Positions 29,335 through 37,941 of a stretch of DNA of 64,000 bases are shown here, piece by piece. Source of the stretch: Gammaproteobacteria bacterium. Lineage in GTDB: Bacteria; Pseudomonadota; Gammaproteobacteria; GCA-001735895. The stretch is taken from the NCBI GenBank assembly GCA_014382695.1, contig JACNJF010000106.1, positions 15,520 to 79,519 of the forward strand. The letters are read 5' to 3'. Made by a program: the position numbers and the translations under genes. Numbering within the stretch: the stretch's first letter is position 1; the number at the start of each line of letters is the position of its first letter. The notes below the pieces were generated by a model that saw only the letters and a list, made by a program, of their open reading frames with translations, did not search any database and was not told the origin of the DNA.

Positions 29335-29367
29335 ATTAATAAACTTGATGATATTCGCAGGCTTACA

Positions 29368-29766
29368 ATGATGACTTCTAATAAACCTTATCTGATAAGA
29401 GCGCTGTACGAATGGCTGGTCGATAACGATGCGACTCCCCACATTATGGTGGATACCACTAATGCCGAGGTGAAGATTCCGCGCGGCATCGATAAGGATG
29501 GTCAGGTGGTGCTGAATATTGCAGCGCGTGCGGTACAGCGGCTGGAGATGAGTAATACCTACGTTTCTTTTTCTGCGCGATTTAGCGGCGCATCGCAGAA
29601 TATCTATATTCCAATAGAAGCTGTGATGGCTATTTATAGTATGGAAGATGGCGAAGGCATGATGTTTGCCGGTGAATCAGCCAGTGCAGGAACATCCCGC
29701 ACGGAAGGTAAAGAGGCTGCCGATAAAAATAAAAAAAACCGGCCTGGATTAAAGGTGGTTAAGTAA
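29368..29766 (+). CDS. sspB: ClpXP adaptor / stringent starvation protein B
   Basis: Probable start is MMTSNKPYLIRALYEWLVDNDATPHIMVD, matching the E. coli SspB N-terminus RPYLLRAFYEWLLDN.LTPHLVVD, followed by an acidic tail and C-terminal LKVVK (E. coli ends ALRVVK). The ORF track start at 29287 is a TTG extension reading through the repeat array. Confidence 0.85.
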   Translation: MMTSNKPYLIRALYEWLVDNDATPHIMVDTTNAEVKIPRGIDKDGQVVLNIAARAVQRLEMSNTYVSFSARFSGASQNIYIPIEAVMAIYSMEDGEGMMFAGESASAGTSRTEGKEAADKNKKNRPGLKVVK

Positions 29767-29805
29767 ACGATGGGCTTTAGCGCATTGCAAGTTGAGCTCA
29801 GAAGT

Positions 29806-30192
29806 TTAATAAAAATCTGATGAGCTGGCTTCAAACGCGTTACGAATCCATTCATAGCGATATTCAGTGCCTGAAGTTCCAGGCTCGATCAATAGCGCAT
29901 CGAATCTATAGTTGCTGTGCTGGCAGGCTTTATGGGTGGCAATGAAGCTGAGAGCCGAGCGCGTGATCTTTTCCTGCTTGGAGCGGGGAATGCTGAAAGC
30001 GGTGCCGCCGAAGGCATTGTTTTTACGGTATTTGACTTCGATGAAGCATACGGTCGACGCATCCAGCATGATCAGATCAATTTCACCGAAGCGGCAGTTG
30101 AAATTCTGTTCAATCATTCGCAGTCCCTGCTGCTGTAACCAGTGCAGGGCTAACTGCTCAAAGTAATCGCCCTTTTCTCTGCCTCCCTGCAT
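29806..30192 (-). CDS. yraN: YraN-family (UPF0102) predicted endonuclease
   Basis: 128 aa with the GE.DLI......V.FIEVK.R core typical of UPF0102, located downstream of lpoA as in the E. coli locus. Confidence 0.8.
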   Translation of the reverse strand: MQGGREKGDYFEQLALHWLQQQGLRMIEQNFNCRFGEIDLIMLDASTVCFIEVKYRKNNAFGGTAFSIPRSKQEKITRSALSFIATHKACQHSNYRFDALLIEPGTSGTEYRYEWIRNAFEASSSDFY

Positions 30193-30200
30193 GTGAATAC

Positions 30201-32123
30201 TTACTTCACGCTCTCTACCGATTTCTTCAGCAATTCGGCCTGACCGTTGTTAAAGGTTGCTAACAGCAGTTCGCGATGCACTCTGCCGCTGGAATCAACC
30301 GTGATGGTACCGGTGTTGAGGTTGATTTTTTCTTCTGGATTGATCAGCAGGCGGCGTAGTGATGGGATCAGTTTGTAGGCATCGATGCCCAGAGCAAAAA
30401 AGCGTGAGTACTGTTCGCTTTGTTCCGGCCATAATTTTTTCACCGCAATGTAATCGCTATTTTCCTGTTGTTTGAGAGACCATGGCATATCGACGAACAG
30501 GGTCTCATTCAAGTCTCTATCGGCATCCTGATCGTTAACCCCACTGGAAATGCTGGACGTGGTATATACCGGTAGATCCTTGGCATGATGGAATTTAAGC
30601 TGGGGCTTGATCAGGCGCGCCTGACGTGGATTGCCTGCAATAAAGATCATGTCCACATCCTGACGCCGACGCGGGATAAACTCAGAGGTCTGCCCGGTGA
30701 TCTGATCCAGAATGGAGTGGCGGCGTTCGCTGCTGTTCAGGTTCAGCATCTGTTTGATCGTCGGTGAGTAATCGTTTTTGCTGGATGGGTAGGAAGCCCT
30801 CTCGACCACCTGTCCGCCAAGCTTTTCAAAGCGGCTGCTAAAGGCCTGCTGCAGACGTTGTCCCAGGGCGCTATCCGGGGTCAGCGTGACGGCATGGTAA
30901 TGCCCGTTGGTGAGCGCATAATCAGCAATCTGTTCGGCTTCATCTTCCGGTCTGAGACCGAACTGATACAGGTTCTTAACCGCCTTCAGTTCGTCATCGG
31001 CATAATTCAGGGTTAAGGTCGGCACCTCCAGTTTATGGTTTTGCTGGAGTTCATTGACCAGTTGTTTATCGAGAGGGCCGACGATAAAGTCGGCTCCATT
31101 TTGTATCGCCGCACGGTATTGCTGGAAAAATTGCGGTGCCTCACTGCTCACGTTGATGATTTCAAGCACGGGTTTGCTTTCTGGATCATTGTAATAGGCA
31201 TACAGAAAGCCGTTCTGAATCGCTTCCGATACGTTTTTCAGGTTATCGGTAAGCGGCAGTAACAGGGCTATCCGTAGTGGATCGATATAGATCAGCTTGC
31301 TTTCTTCGACCAGGCGATCGGCAAAGCTGATGGACGCTTCATGACCCAGATAAATTTCATGCCATTTTTTGATCCAGGGTTCTATCTTGGATGGCAGCAT
31401 GTCGGAGCGGCGTGCAATCAGATTCAGCTCCAGCCAGCCTCTGAGAGGCATGGTCTGTTGCTGGGCAAGTGCATTCAGGATATTCGGTTCGGTGATACGG
31501 TTAAGCGCATCCCAGATGAAGTCATAGTTTTCCTGTTTTTCAACATCACTTTCCAGATGCTGGCCAATCTCGATACGCAGTTTGGCGCTTTCCAGTGGTT
31601 TACCGATCGCCAGCACACCCCTGGAGCGGATATTCAGCGCGATCGCTTTGTAAATCGGATTGCTGATACTGTCCAGTTCGGGCAGATTGCCCAGGCTCTG
31701 ATAGGTTTTACCCTGTTCAAAATAGATCCCCGCCAGCAACACATTTTTATTGATCGCGTCCTGTTCGAGTAAATCGTTTTCTGCCAGGCCGTCATAAAAA
31801 GCGATGATCTCCGCGTTTTGCTGCAGACGGTACATCATCAGTGCGGTTTTCTGTAGATACAGGGAGCGTTCAGGCTGAGTGGTCTGCTCGCTCAGTTGGC
31901 GGAACATACTGGCGGCTTCGGCCCACTGGCGCTGCTGTTCGTAGTTTGCGCCAATAATCTTCGCTTCTACTGTGGCCTGTACGGTCATGTCGGGCTTGAT
32001 CACCGAGGTGGTGGTCTGACAGGCTGCCAGCAGTAACGCGGTTAGTGCAAACAGAGCGAAATGGGGTAACCCGGATAGGCGAAATTTAATCATGGCTAAA
32101 GTCAATATTCTGAACGAGCGCAA
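30201..32123 (-). CDS. lpoA: Penicillin-binding protein activator LpoA (outer-membrane lipoprotein)
   Basis: 640 aa with lipoprotein signal ...LLAACQ, an N-terminal TPR-like helical domain and a C-terminal periplasmic-binding-protein-like domain. Divergent from rsmI as in E. coli. Confidence 0.8.
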   Translation of the reverse strand: MRSFRILTLAMIKFRLSGLPHFALFALTALLLAACQTTTSVIKPDMTVQATVEAKIIGANYEQQRQWAEAASMFRQLSEQTTQPERSLYLQKTALMMYRLQQNAEIIAFYDGLAENDLLEQDAINKNVLLAGIYFEQGKTYQSLGNLPELDSISNPIYKAIALNIRSRGVLAIGKPLESAKLRIEIGQHLESDVEKQENYDFIWDALNRITEPNILNALAQQQTMPLRGWLELNLIARRSDMLPSKIEPWIKKWHEIYLGHEASISFADRLVEESKLIYIDPLRIALLLPLTDNLKNVSEAIQNGFLYAYYNDPESKPVLEIINVSSEAPQFFQQYRAAIQNGADFIVGPLDKQLVNELQQNHKLEVPTLTLNYADDELKAVKNLYQFGLRPEDEAEQIADYALTNGHYHAVTLTPDSALGQRLQQAFSSRFEKLGGQVVERASYPSSKNDYSPTIKQMLNLNSSERRHSILDQITGQTSEFIPRRRQDVDMIFIAGNPRQARLIKPQLKFHHAKDLPVYTTSSISSGVNDQDADRDLNETLFVDMPWSLKQQENSDYIAVKKLWPEQSEQYSRFFALGIDAYKLIPSLRRLLINPEEKINLNTGTITVDSSGRVHRELLLATFNNGQAELLKKSVESVK

Positions 32124-32174
32124 CGCTGGAGTCTGATAAAATAGGTCGCCTAGTTTACATGGATAAAGAATAAA

Positions 32175-33020
32175 ATGTCAGGCGTACTTTATATTGTAGC
32201 CACCCCGATCGGTAACCTTGATGATATCACTCTGCGCGCGATTGAGGTGCTCGGTAGTGTCGATCTGGTAGCGGCCGAAGATACCCGTCATAGCCAGCAT
32301 TTAATGGCGCATCTGGGGCTGCGCAAAAAGATGTTGTCGCTGCATGAGCACAATGAACAGGATCGAGTGAATCAGATCCTCGGATTGCTGGCGCAGGGCC
32401 AGCAGATTGCACTGGTTTCGGATGCTGGAACCCCGCTGATTTCGGATCCTGGCTTTCCGCTGGTCAGGGCGGTGATCGAAGCCGGATATAAGGTCACTCC
32501 GATACCGGGTGTCAGCAGCATCATCGCCGCGCTCAGTGCAGCTGGTCTGGCCACCGATTCGTTTAGCTATCATGGCTTTCTGGCGCATAAAAATGCAGAC
32601 CGGTTGACGCGTCTGCAGGCGCTGAAAAAAATCGGCGGTACGCATGTGCTGCTGGAGTCTACCCATCGTATCGAACGCCTGCTGGAGCAGATCGACGAAT
32701 TGATGCCCGCCTCCCAGCTGGTGCTGGCGAAAGAACTGACCAAGCGCCATGAGTCCTTTATCCGCGGTACGGCACAGCAATGTCTGCAGATCTTTAGCGA
32801 TGACCCGCTGCGAAAGAAGGGCGAGTTCGTGGTGCTGATGTATCATCCTGCACCCGAAGAGGACGAGTCGGTACGACTTAATGCACAGAAACTACTGCAA
32901 CTGCTGATGGCTGAAATGCCATTAAAAAAGGCCGTCAAACTAGCGGTTGAAATCAGCGGCGGCAAGAAAAATGAACTGTACCGACAGGCATTGCTGCTTA
33001 GCGAAAACGAGCAAACCTGA
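32175..33020 (+). CDS. rsmI: 16S rRNA (cytidine1402-2'-O)-methyltransferase RsmI
   Basis: 281 aa; MSGVLYIVATPIGNLDDITLRAIEVL is the tetrapyrrole-methylase-fold RsmI N-terminus. Confidence 0.9.
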   Translation: MSGVLYIVATPIGNLDDITLRAIEVLGSVDLVAAEDTRHSQHLMAHLGLRKKMLSLHEHNEQDRVNQILGLLAQGQQIALVSDAGTPLISDPGFPLVRAVIEAGYKVTPIPGVSSIIAALSAAGLATDSFSYHGFLAHKNADRLTRLQALKKIGGTHVLLESTHRIERLLEQIDELMPASQLVLAKELTKRHESFIRGTAQQCLQIFSDDPLRKKGEFVVLMYHPAPEEDESVRLNAQKLLQLLMAEMPLKKAVKLAVEISGGKKNELYRQALLLSENEQT

Positions 33021-33128
33021 GCCGGCCTGGACCTCCTCTTTGGCTGTAAGGTATTACGCCGTCCCCTTGTTTCAGGGGTGGTGAAACCCGGTGCTAATGG
33101 CATAGACTAGCGACTCCTGGACCCGAGC

Positions 33129-34019
33129 TTGAGATTCTTGAAAGGTTTATCTGCCCCCTTCAAACTGACTTTACCTGCGCTTCCACCTCGGCAGTCGATA
33201 CTGGCTTTACTGACACTGGTTTTTGTGCTTAATGCGCTGCTGATTTACTTCATGCTGGAGCAGCCGCGTTTTGGTATTTCGCTGCAACTGGTGGACGGTA
33301 AAATCTTTGCGACTGAAACCAGCCCGTCCTCCCTGGACGATCAGCAGGTGCCTCGTGAATTGACTGCGCTGGCTACTGCAGAATACCGGTTCGAGCTTGA
33401 AGCTGAAGATTTACTCGAAGAGCCCGATTTGCTGACCCGCTACAGTGAATATAACCGTTTCATGCAACGCCAGTCGATGCTGTTCGATTTACTGCAATAC
33501 CCTCGCGTCGAACTGTTCTGGGCAGATCAGGCTAGCTCTTCGTTGGCGCCGCGCAAAACCGTCTGGAGTGATTTACCCCTGATGTTCTGGTTTCAGTTGA
33601 TCGTTGCCAGTTTCAGTCTGCTAGTGGGGGCCGCTGTCTGGTTGTTCCGACAACGCGACCGTTCCGCACTACATTATTTTCTGATTGGCGTTTTCCTCGC
33701 GCTGGTCATCTTCCCCGCTGCCATCTATAGCAGCCGGGAACTGGCGCTGGATGGCGAACTGTTCAGGGTGTTATCGGTTGTTGATCATCTTGGGCTGTAC
33801 ATCGTGATGGCGGCCATTGTGTCGCTGGTGTGGTGCTATCCACAGCCTTTATGGACATTCCCGTTCCCGGCTTTGTTTTATTCGCTGATGTATCTGTGCT
33901 GGGTGGTGGATACCGTGCAGTGGTTTCCTGATCTCGATGTGAGCACCAGAATTGTTCCCCTGCTGATGCTCGTACTCGGTTTTGTACTGTTGATTGTGCA
34001 CTGGAAGCGATCTGCCTGA
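33129..34019 (+). CDS. Polytopic membrane protein, the probable N-terminal sensor module of the downstream kinase
   Basis: 296 aa with a TTG start, one N-terminal TM, a roughly 110-aa extracytoplasmic segment, then about five TM helices. It ends at a TGA that is in frame with, and one codon upstream of, the TTG start of the next ORF. Confidence 0.5.
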   Translation: MRFLKGLSAPFKLTLPALPPRQSILALLTLVFVLNALLIYFMLEQPRFGISLQLVDGKIFATETSPSSLDDQQVPRELTALATAEYRFELEAEDLLEEPDLLTRYSEYNRFMQRQSMLFDLLQYPRVELFWADQASSSLAPRKTVWSDLPLMFWFQLIVASFSLLVGAAVWLFRQRDRSALHYFLIGVFLALVIFPAAIYSSRELALDGELFRVLSVVDHLGLYIVMAAIVSLVWCYPQPLWTFPFPALFYSLMYLCWVVDTVQWFPDLDVSTRIVPLLMLVLGFVLLIVHWKRSA

Positions 34020-34022
34020 AAT

Positions 34023-35318
34023 TTGCTCTACCGTCAGTCGATCAAATGGTTCCTGCTGGTTATAGTCGCTGGCAGTGGCTTGTTTGTAGGGGTGGTTTTT
34101 GTGCCACCGTTATTCGGGTCCGCGCCGCTGATTTCTCAGGGACTCGCTTTTGTCGCTTTCCTCAGTATTTACCTGAGTCTGGCCATCGGTGTCATCCGTT
34201 ACCAGCTGTTCGAGCTGGATCGCTGGTGGTTCAAGGTGTGGATCTGGATTGCAGTCGGCATCATACTGATTGGTTTTGATATTCTATTCATTTCGCTGCT
34301 GAACCTGTCTCAGGACCAATCCCTCTGGCTGGCACTGGGTATTACCGGCTGGCTTTACTTTCCACTACGCCAGTGGCTGCTTACCCGGTTTCTTTCGATC
34401 CGCGACAGTTCTCTTGAGAGTTATCTACCGATGGTTGTTCGCAGTATTGCACAGGCCAGAACGGCTGATGATCTGCTGGCTGGAAACCGCGCCTGTCTGG
34501 TAACGATCTTTTCACCATTGTCGACGTTGATGAGGGATGAGCTCGATCCGCTGGTGGCTATCTATGAAAACGGACTCAGTCTGCATGTACCGTTCCCGCG
34601 TTCCAGCCAGACCCTGTTTCTAAAATGTCCGGGACAGGGCCGTCAGTTATTTCAATCTGCCGATGTGGAGATTGTGCAGGCATTAATGAATCTGTTCGAA
34701 CAGGCCTATATCGCGCGCGAAGCCAGAGACGATGCGATTCGTCAGGAGCGGGAACGCATCAAGCAGGATATGCACGATACGCTGGGCGGGCGTCTGTTAT
34801 CGATTATGCGCCAGAATACAGAGCCGGAAAGCGCGCTGATTGCGACTTCCGCCTGGCGTGAATTACGCGACATTCTGACCGCTCTGGAAGGTAAAAAAGC
34901 GCCACTGATGCATGTTATTGATCAATGGCATAAGGATGCACGACAGCAGGCGGAACAGTCAAAGGTTGCTCTGGAATGGTTAATAGAGAATGAATTGCGC
35001 GATAAGTGCTGGGTGATCGATGGAAATCAACGACTCAATCTGGGCCAGATTCTACGCGAATCCCTGACCAACGCGCTGCGCCACTCTAACACCAGGCGGA
35101 TTAAGGTAGCGTTTAGCGCCGACCAGCATGAACTGGTTCTGAGCGTGAATAACGATGGCGTGAATGCGCCTCCTGCAACCTGGGTAGCAGGTCGTGGCCT
35201 GCATCATATTCGCAAACGCGCACACAAGCTGGATGCTTCGCTCGAATGGAATATGCAGGGAAATAACGCGGTTGAATTGAGCTTGAGGCTGACAATGAGG
35301 GAAGAGTGTAATGGATAA
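34023..35318 (+). CDS. Sensor histidine kinase, HisKA_3/NarX-type (multi-TM N-terminus)
   Basis: 431 aa with a TTG start and four N-terminal TM helices. The H-box is ERERIKQDMHDTLGGRL (HisKA_3) and the HATPase_c N-box region is LRESLTNALRHSN. The stop overlaps the regulator start by 8 nt. Confidence 0.75.
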   Translation: MLYRQSIKWFLLVIVAGSGLFVGVVFVPPLFGSAPLISQGLAFVAFLSIYLSLAIGVIRYQLFELDRWWFKVWIWIAVGIILIGFDILFISLLNLSQDQSLWLALGITGWLYFPLRQWLLTRFLSIRDSSLESYLPMVVRSIAQARTADDLLAGNRACLVTIFSPLSTLMRDELDPLVAIYENGLSLHVPFPRSSQTLFLKCPGQGRQLFQSADVEIVQALMNLFEQAYIAREARDDAIRQERERIKQDMHDTLGGRLLSIMRQNTEPESALIATSAWRELRDILTALEGKKAPLMHVIDQWHKDARQQAEQSKVALEWLIENELRDKCWVIDGNQRLNLGQILRESLTNALRHSNTRRIKVAFSADQHELVLSVNNDGVNAPPATWVAGRGLHHIRKRAHKLDASLEWNMQGNNAVELSLRLTMREECNG

Positions 35319-35937
35319 AATATTAGTAGTTGAAGATCAGACTGAAATACGTGCCTGGATTATCCGATTTGTGGCAGAGGTGTTTACCCACGCCCGCTTT
35401 GTGGAGGCCGTTAGCGTGGAGCAGGCGCGGCAGTATATCGATAGCTCGATCGATCTGTTATTGGTCGATCTAAGTCTGCCGGATGGTAGAGGGGATGAAT
35501 TAATCCGGCTTTTCAAGCATATCAATCCCGATGTTCCGTGTGTGGTGATTTCGAGTTTTGAGGACGATGATTTTTTGTTTCCTGCGCTCAAGGCTGGCGC
35601 CGATGGTTATCTATTGAAGGATCAGACAGAAGAGGAACTAAAGTCGCTGTTGATGGGCATTGTCAATGGGAAGCCCCCACTTTCGCCGGCAATCGCTTAT
35701 CGTCTGTTTGATTTTTTTCGGAAACCGGCCGATGACGAGACAGAGGTGAAACTGACCGACAGAGAAAAGGAAACGCTGCGACTGATCGCAAAGGGTTATA
35801 GCGTCAAGGAGTGCGCACGCAAGATGGAAATAAGTCCACATACCGTGGCGGGTTACATCAAGGAAGTGTACCGCAAACTGCAGGTCAATTCGCGCGCTGA
35901 GGTCGCGCTGGAAGCTGCGCGCCTGGGATTGAACTGA
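35311..35937 (+). CDS. Two-component response regulator, NarL/FixJ (LuxR HTH) family
   Basis: 208 aa with a receiver domain (MDKILVVEDQ..., acceptor Asp in LLLVDLSLPDG, conserved K in LLKD) and a C-terminal LuxR-type HTH (TDREKETLRLIAKGYSVKECARKMEISPHTVAGYIKEVYRKL). Confidence 0.85.
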   Translation: MDKILVVEDQTEIRAWIIRFVAEVFTHARFVEAVSVEQARQYIDSSIDLLLVDLSLPDGRGDELIRLFKHINPDVPCVVISSFEDDDFLFPALKAGADGYLLKDQTEEELKSLLMGIVNGKPPLSPAIAYRLFDFFRKPADDETEVKLTDREKETLRLIAKGYSVKECARKMEISPHTVAGYIKEVYRKLQVNSRAEVALEAARLGLN

Positions 35938-35963
35938 GTCGATCCAGCATACAGAATTCGCCT

Positions 35964-35985
35964 GTACCCCTGATTCAAGGGGTAC
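35964..35985. promoter_or_regulatory. Perfect 8-bp-arm palindrome GTACCCCT-GATTCA-AGGGGTAC between the regulator gene and the lipoprotein gene
   Basis: Inverted repeat read directly, lying upstream of a TATATAAT -10 (about 36017-36024) and GAGGTGG RBS of the 36042 gene. A related CCCCT-TGTTTC-AGGGG hairpin is at 33064-33079, upstream of the sensor gene. It could be a terminator or an operator. Confidence 0.4.
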
Positions 35986-36041
35986 ATTCCTGTTCCAGAC
36001 GGGTTTAGATTAAGTGCTTCTATATAATCTGAGGTGGCGAC

Positions 36042-37523
36042 ATGAAGTTAATCCAATCCAGTTTTGTCAAACTATTTATTCTGCTGATGGCAGGTTTTAT
36101 ATTATCGGCCTGCGGAGGATCGGACAACGACGACGCTCCAGCCAATACTACAGCGACCCTGAGTGGCACTGCAGCGGTGGGAGCGGCTCTGGCCAGTCGA
36201 CAGGTGACTATAGTCGATAAGAGTGGTGCATCAGTCACCACTACGACGGATGCGAATGGTAAATACAGTGTAACGGTAACGGTATCGGCAAAACCATTTA
36301 TGCTTAAGGTGGAAACCGATGGTGAACCGTTGTATTCGTTTGCAGCGGAAGCAGGTATCAGCAATATAACGCCTCTGACCAATCTGGCGCTGCACGAAGC
36401 GAACAGGAATGGCAGTACCTATACGCCTTTAAGTAGTCTGTTTAGTTCGTTTAAGGATTCATATGCCGGAATTACCGAAACCAGGCTGAATGAAGCGAAA
36501 GCAAAAGTGAATGCCAATCTGGCCAGTGTCTATTCCAGCGCCGGCGTGGCTAATGGTTTTGATTTTTTTAAAACCGCTTTTAATGCGGACGGTAGTGGTA
36601 TCGATCAGGTGCTGGATAATGCGGGTATCAGCATCGACAGTAGTGACCCGGGTATTATCACTATCAATGTTACCGGGGCTTCTGCATTTTCTTTCAACCC
36701 CGGTATAGATTTCAGTCAGTTTGTGGTTGGCGGTGGAGCGGGCAGCGGTGGCGACATCGGGACACTGCCTTCCTATGTGGCTAGTCAGGTTGTGGACATG
36801 GAATTCTGTTGTGCGGCGGCAGGTGCCCCCTATAGTAACGGCGAGGTCGTTAAATTCACTTTCAGCGGTAGCGGTATGCTGTTTCTGACCGAGTCGTTTA
36901 CCGTTGTGGCGCCAACCTTTACCGATAACAGTAGTGCGACGCCTGGACCTTATATATGGGATAACGGAACCTATAAATATGAGCTGTCGGTACTGAATAA
37001 TGCGATTCATGAAGTGAATGTGTTTGCCTCTACAGCGGGTACCTTCCTCGGCCAGTTTACCCCGGTTACGGGTAATGGTGGTGGCAGCACTACTGGCGCG
37101 CCGGAAATTCCGGCGGGAGAGTTCGGGCTGGCATTTAAGCTGGATGGCGTGGTAACTCAGAGAACCACAGCAACCCCAACCTTACCCGGTATTGCACTGG
37201 CCATCACAGGCCTGGGCACTGAACGCTATCTGGCTTTTCTGGGAACCGGTGTTACCGATCAGTTAAGAATGATCCCGATCAATACCACGGGAACCTATAC
37301 CTGTGGAGCGGGCCCGAATTCATTCCGCCTGGTCGAAATGTGGCTCAGCCTGCCTGGATCGCATAAAGCCGATGCGAGCAAAGGAAGCTGCACCATTAGC
37401 GTCACTTCCGTCGGTAGTGTGTATGCAGGAACGTTCTCCGGCACCGTTATTAGTGATAGTGACGGTGTGACTGCGGTTTCAATTACTGAAGGTGTTTTCA
37501 GGGTGGACGGATCTTCTTTGTAA
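36042..37523 (+). CDS. Secreted lipoprotein of unknown function (N-terminal Ig-like/CarboxypepD_reg-like segment)
   Basis: 493 aa with signal peptide and lipobox (FILSAC), a TTDANGKYSVTVTV motif typical of CarboxypepD_reg/Ig-like beta-sandwiches, and a Gly/Thr/Ser-rich, non-membrane remainder. Confidence 0.6.
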   Translation: MKLIQSSFVKLFILLMAGFILSACGGSDNDDAPANTTATLSGTAAVGAALASRQVTIVDKSGASVTTTTDANGKYSVTVTVSAKPFMLKVETDGEPLYSFAAEAGISNITPLTNLALHEANRNGSTYTPLSSLFSSFKDSYAGITETRLNEAKAKVNANLASVYSSAGVANGFDFFKTAFNADGSGIDQVLDNAGISIDSSDPGIITINVTGASAFSFNPGIDFSQFVVGGGAGSGGDIGTLPSYVASQVVDMEFCCAAAGAPYSNGEVVKFTFSGSGMLFLTESFTVVAPTFTDNSSATPGPYIWDNGTYKYELSVLNNAIHEVNVFASTAGTFLGQFTPVTGNGGGSTTGAPEIPAGEFGLAFKLDGVVTQRTTATPTLPGIALAITGLGTERYLAFLGTGVTDQLRMIPINTTGTYTCGAGPNSFRLVEMWLSLPGSHKADASKGSCTISVTSVGSVYAGTFSGTVISDSDGVTAVSITEGVFRVDGSSL

Positions 37524-37544
37524 ATAAAAAATACTGATTTTTAA

Positions 37545-37570
37545 AGTCCGCGTAATGCGGGCTTTTTTTT
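37545..37570 (+). terminator. Rho-independent terminator after the lipoprotein gene
   Basis: CCGC-GTAAT-GCGG GC-rich stem followed by T8 (GCGGGCTTTTTTTT). Confidence 0.55.
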
Positions 37571-37597
37571 GCCCCCAATTCAGGTATCATGCGCGCC

Positions 37598-37941
37598 AAG
37601 TCAGCTGGATAATCGCTGGCACCGTCAGGTGCTGGAGGAAAGTCCGGGCTCCACAGGGCAGGGTGCCAGGTAACGCCTGGGAGGCGCGAGCCTACGGAAA
37701 GTGCCACAGAAAATATACCGCCGGACAGCTTGCTGGACGGTAAGGGTGAAATGGTGCGGTAAGAGCGCACCGCGCGACTGGCAACAGTCGTGGCAGGGAA
37801 AACCCCACCCGGAGCAAGACCAAATAGGAGAGCTATGGTGCTGCCCGCACTGCTTTCGGGTTGGTTGCATGAGGGTCCTGGTGACAGGGCTCCCAGATGA
37901 ATGATTATCCTCGACAGAACCCGGCTTACAGGCTGACTTAT
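37598..37941 (+). ncRNA. rnpB: RNase P RNA (bacterial type A, M1 RNA)
   Basis: GGAGGAAAGTCCGGGCTCCACAGGGCAGGGTGCCAGGTAACGCCTGGG, GGTAAGGGTGAAATGGTGCGGTAAGAGCGCACC, CCACCCGGAGCAAGACCAAATAGG and a 3' ACAGAACCCGGCTTA are near-identical to the conserved cores of E. coli M1 RNA. The P1 arms AGUCAGC / GCUGACU pair. All ORFs called across this interval are non-coding. Confidence 0.93.

Noticed and set aside
29287-29367. N-terminal 27-codon extension of the sspB ORF
   Set aside because: The extension reads through the repeat array, and the E. coli-like SspB N-terminus begins at the internal MMTSNKPYLIRALYEW (29368).
34017-34019. In-frame TGA between the sensor ORFs as a selenocysteine or programmed read-through codon
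   Set aside because: TGA is used as an ordinary stop by many neighbouring genes, and nothing resembling a SECIS-like hairpin immediately downstream was evident. I report it as a split or pseudogene candidate rather than recoding.
33021-37597. rsmI-rnpB cassette as an integrative mobile element
   Set aside because: No integrase, transposase, tRNA-like attachment site or flanking direct repeats were found; only short hairpins. I call it an accessory cassette without claiming mobility.
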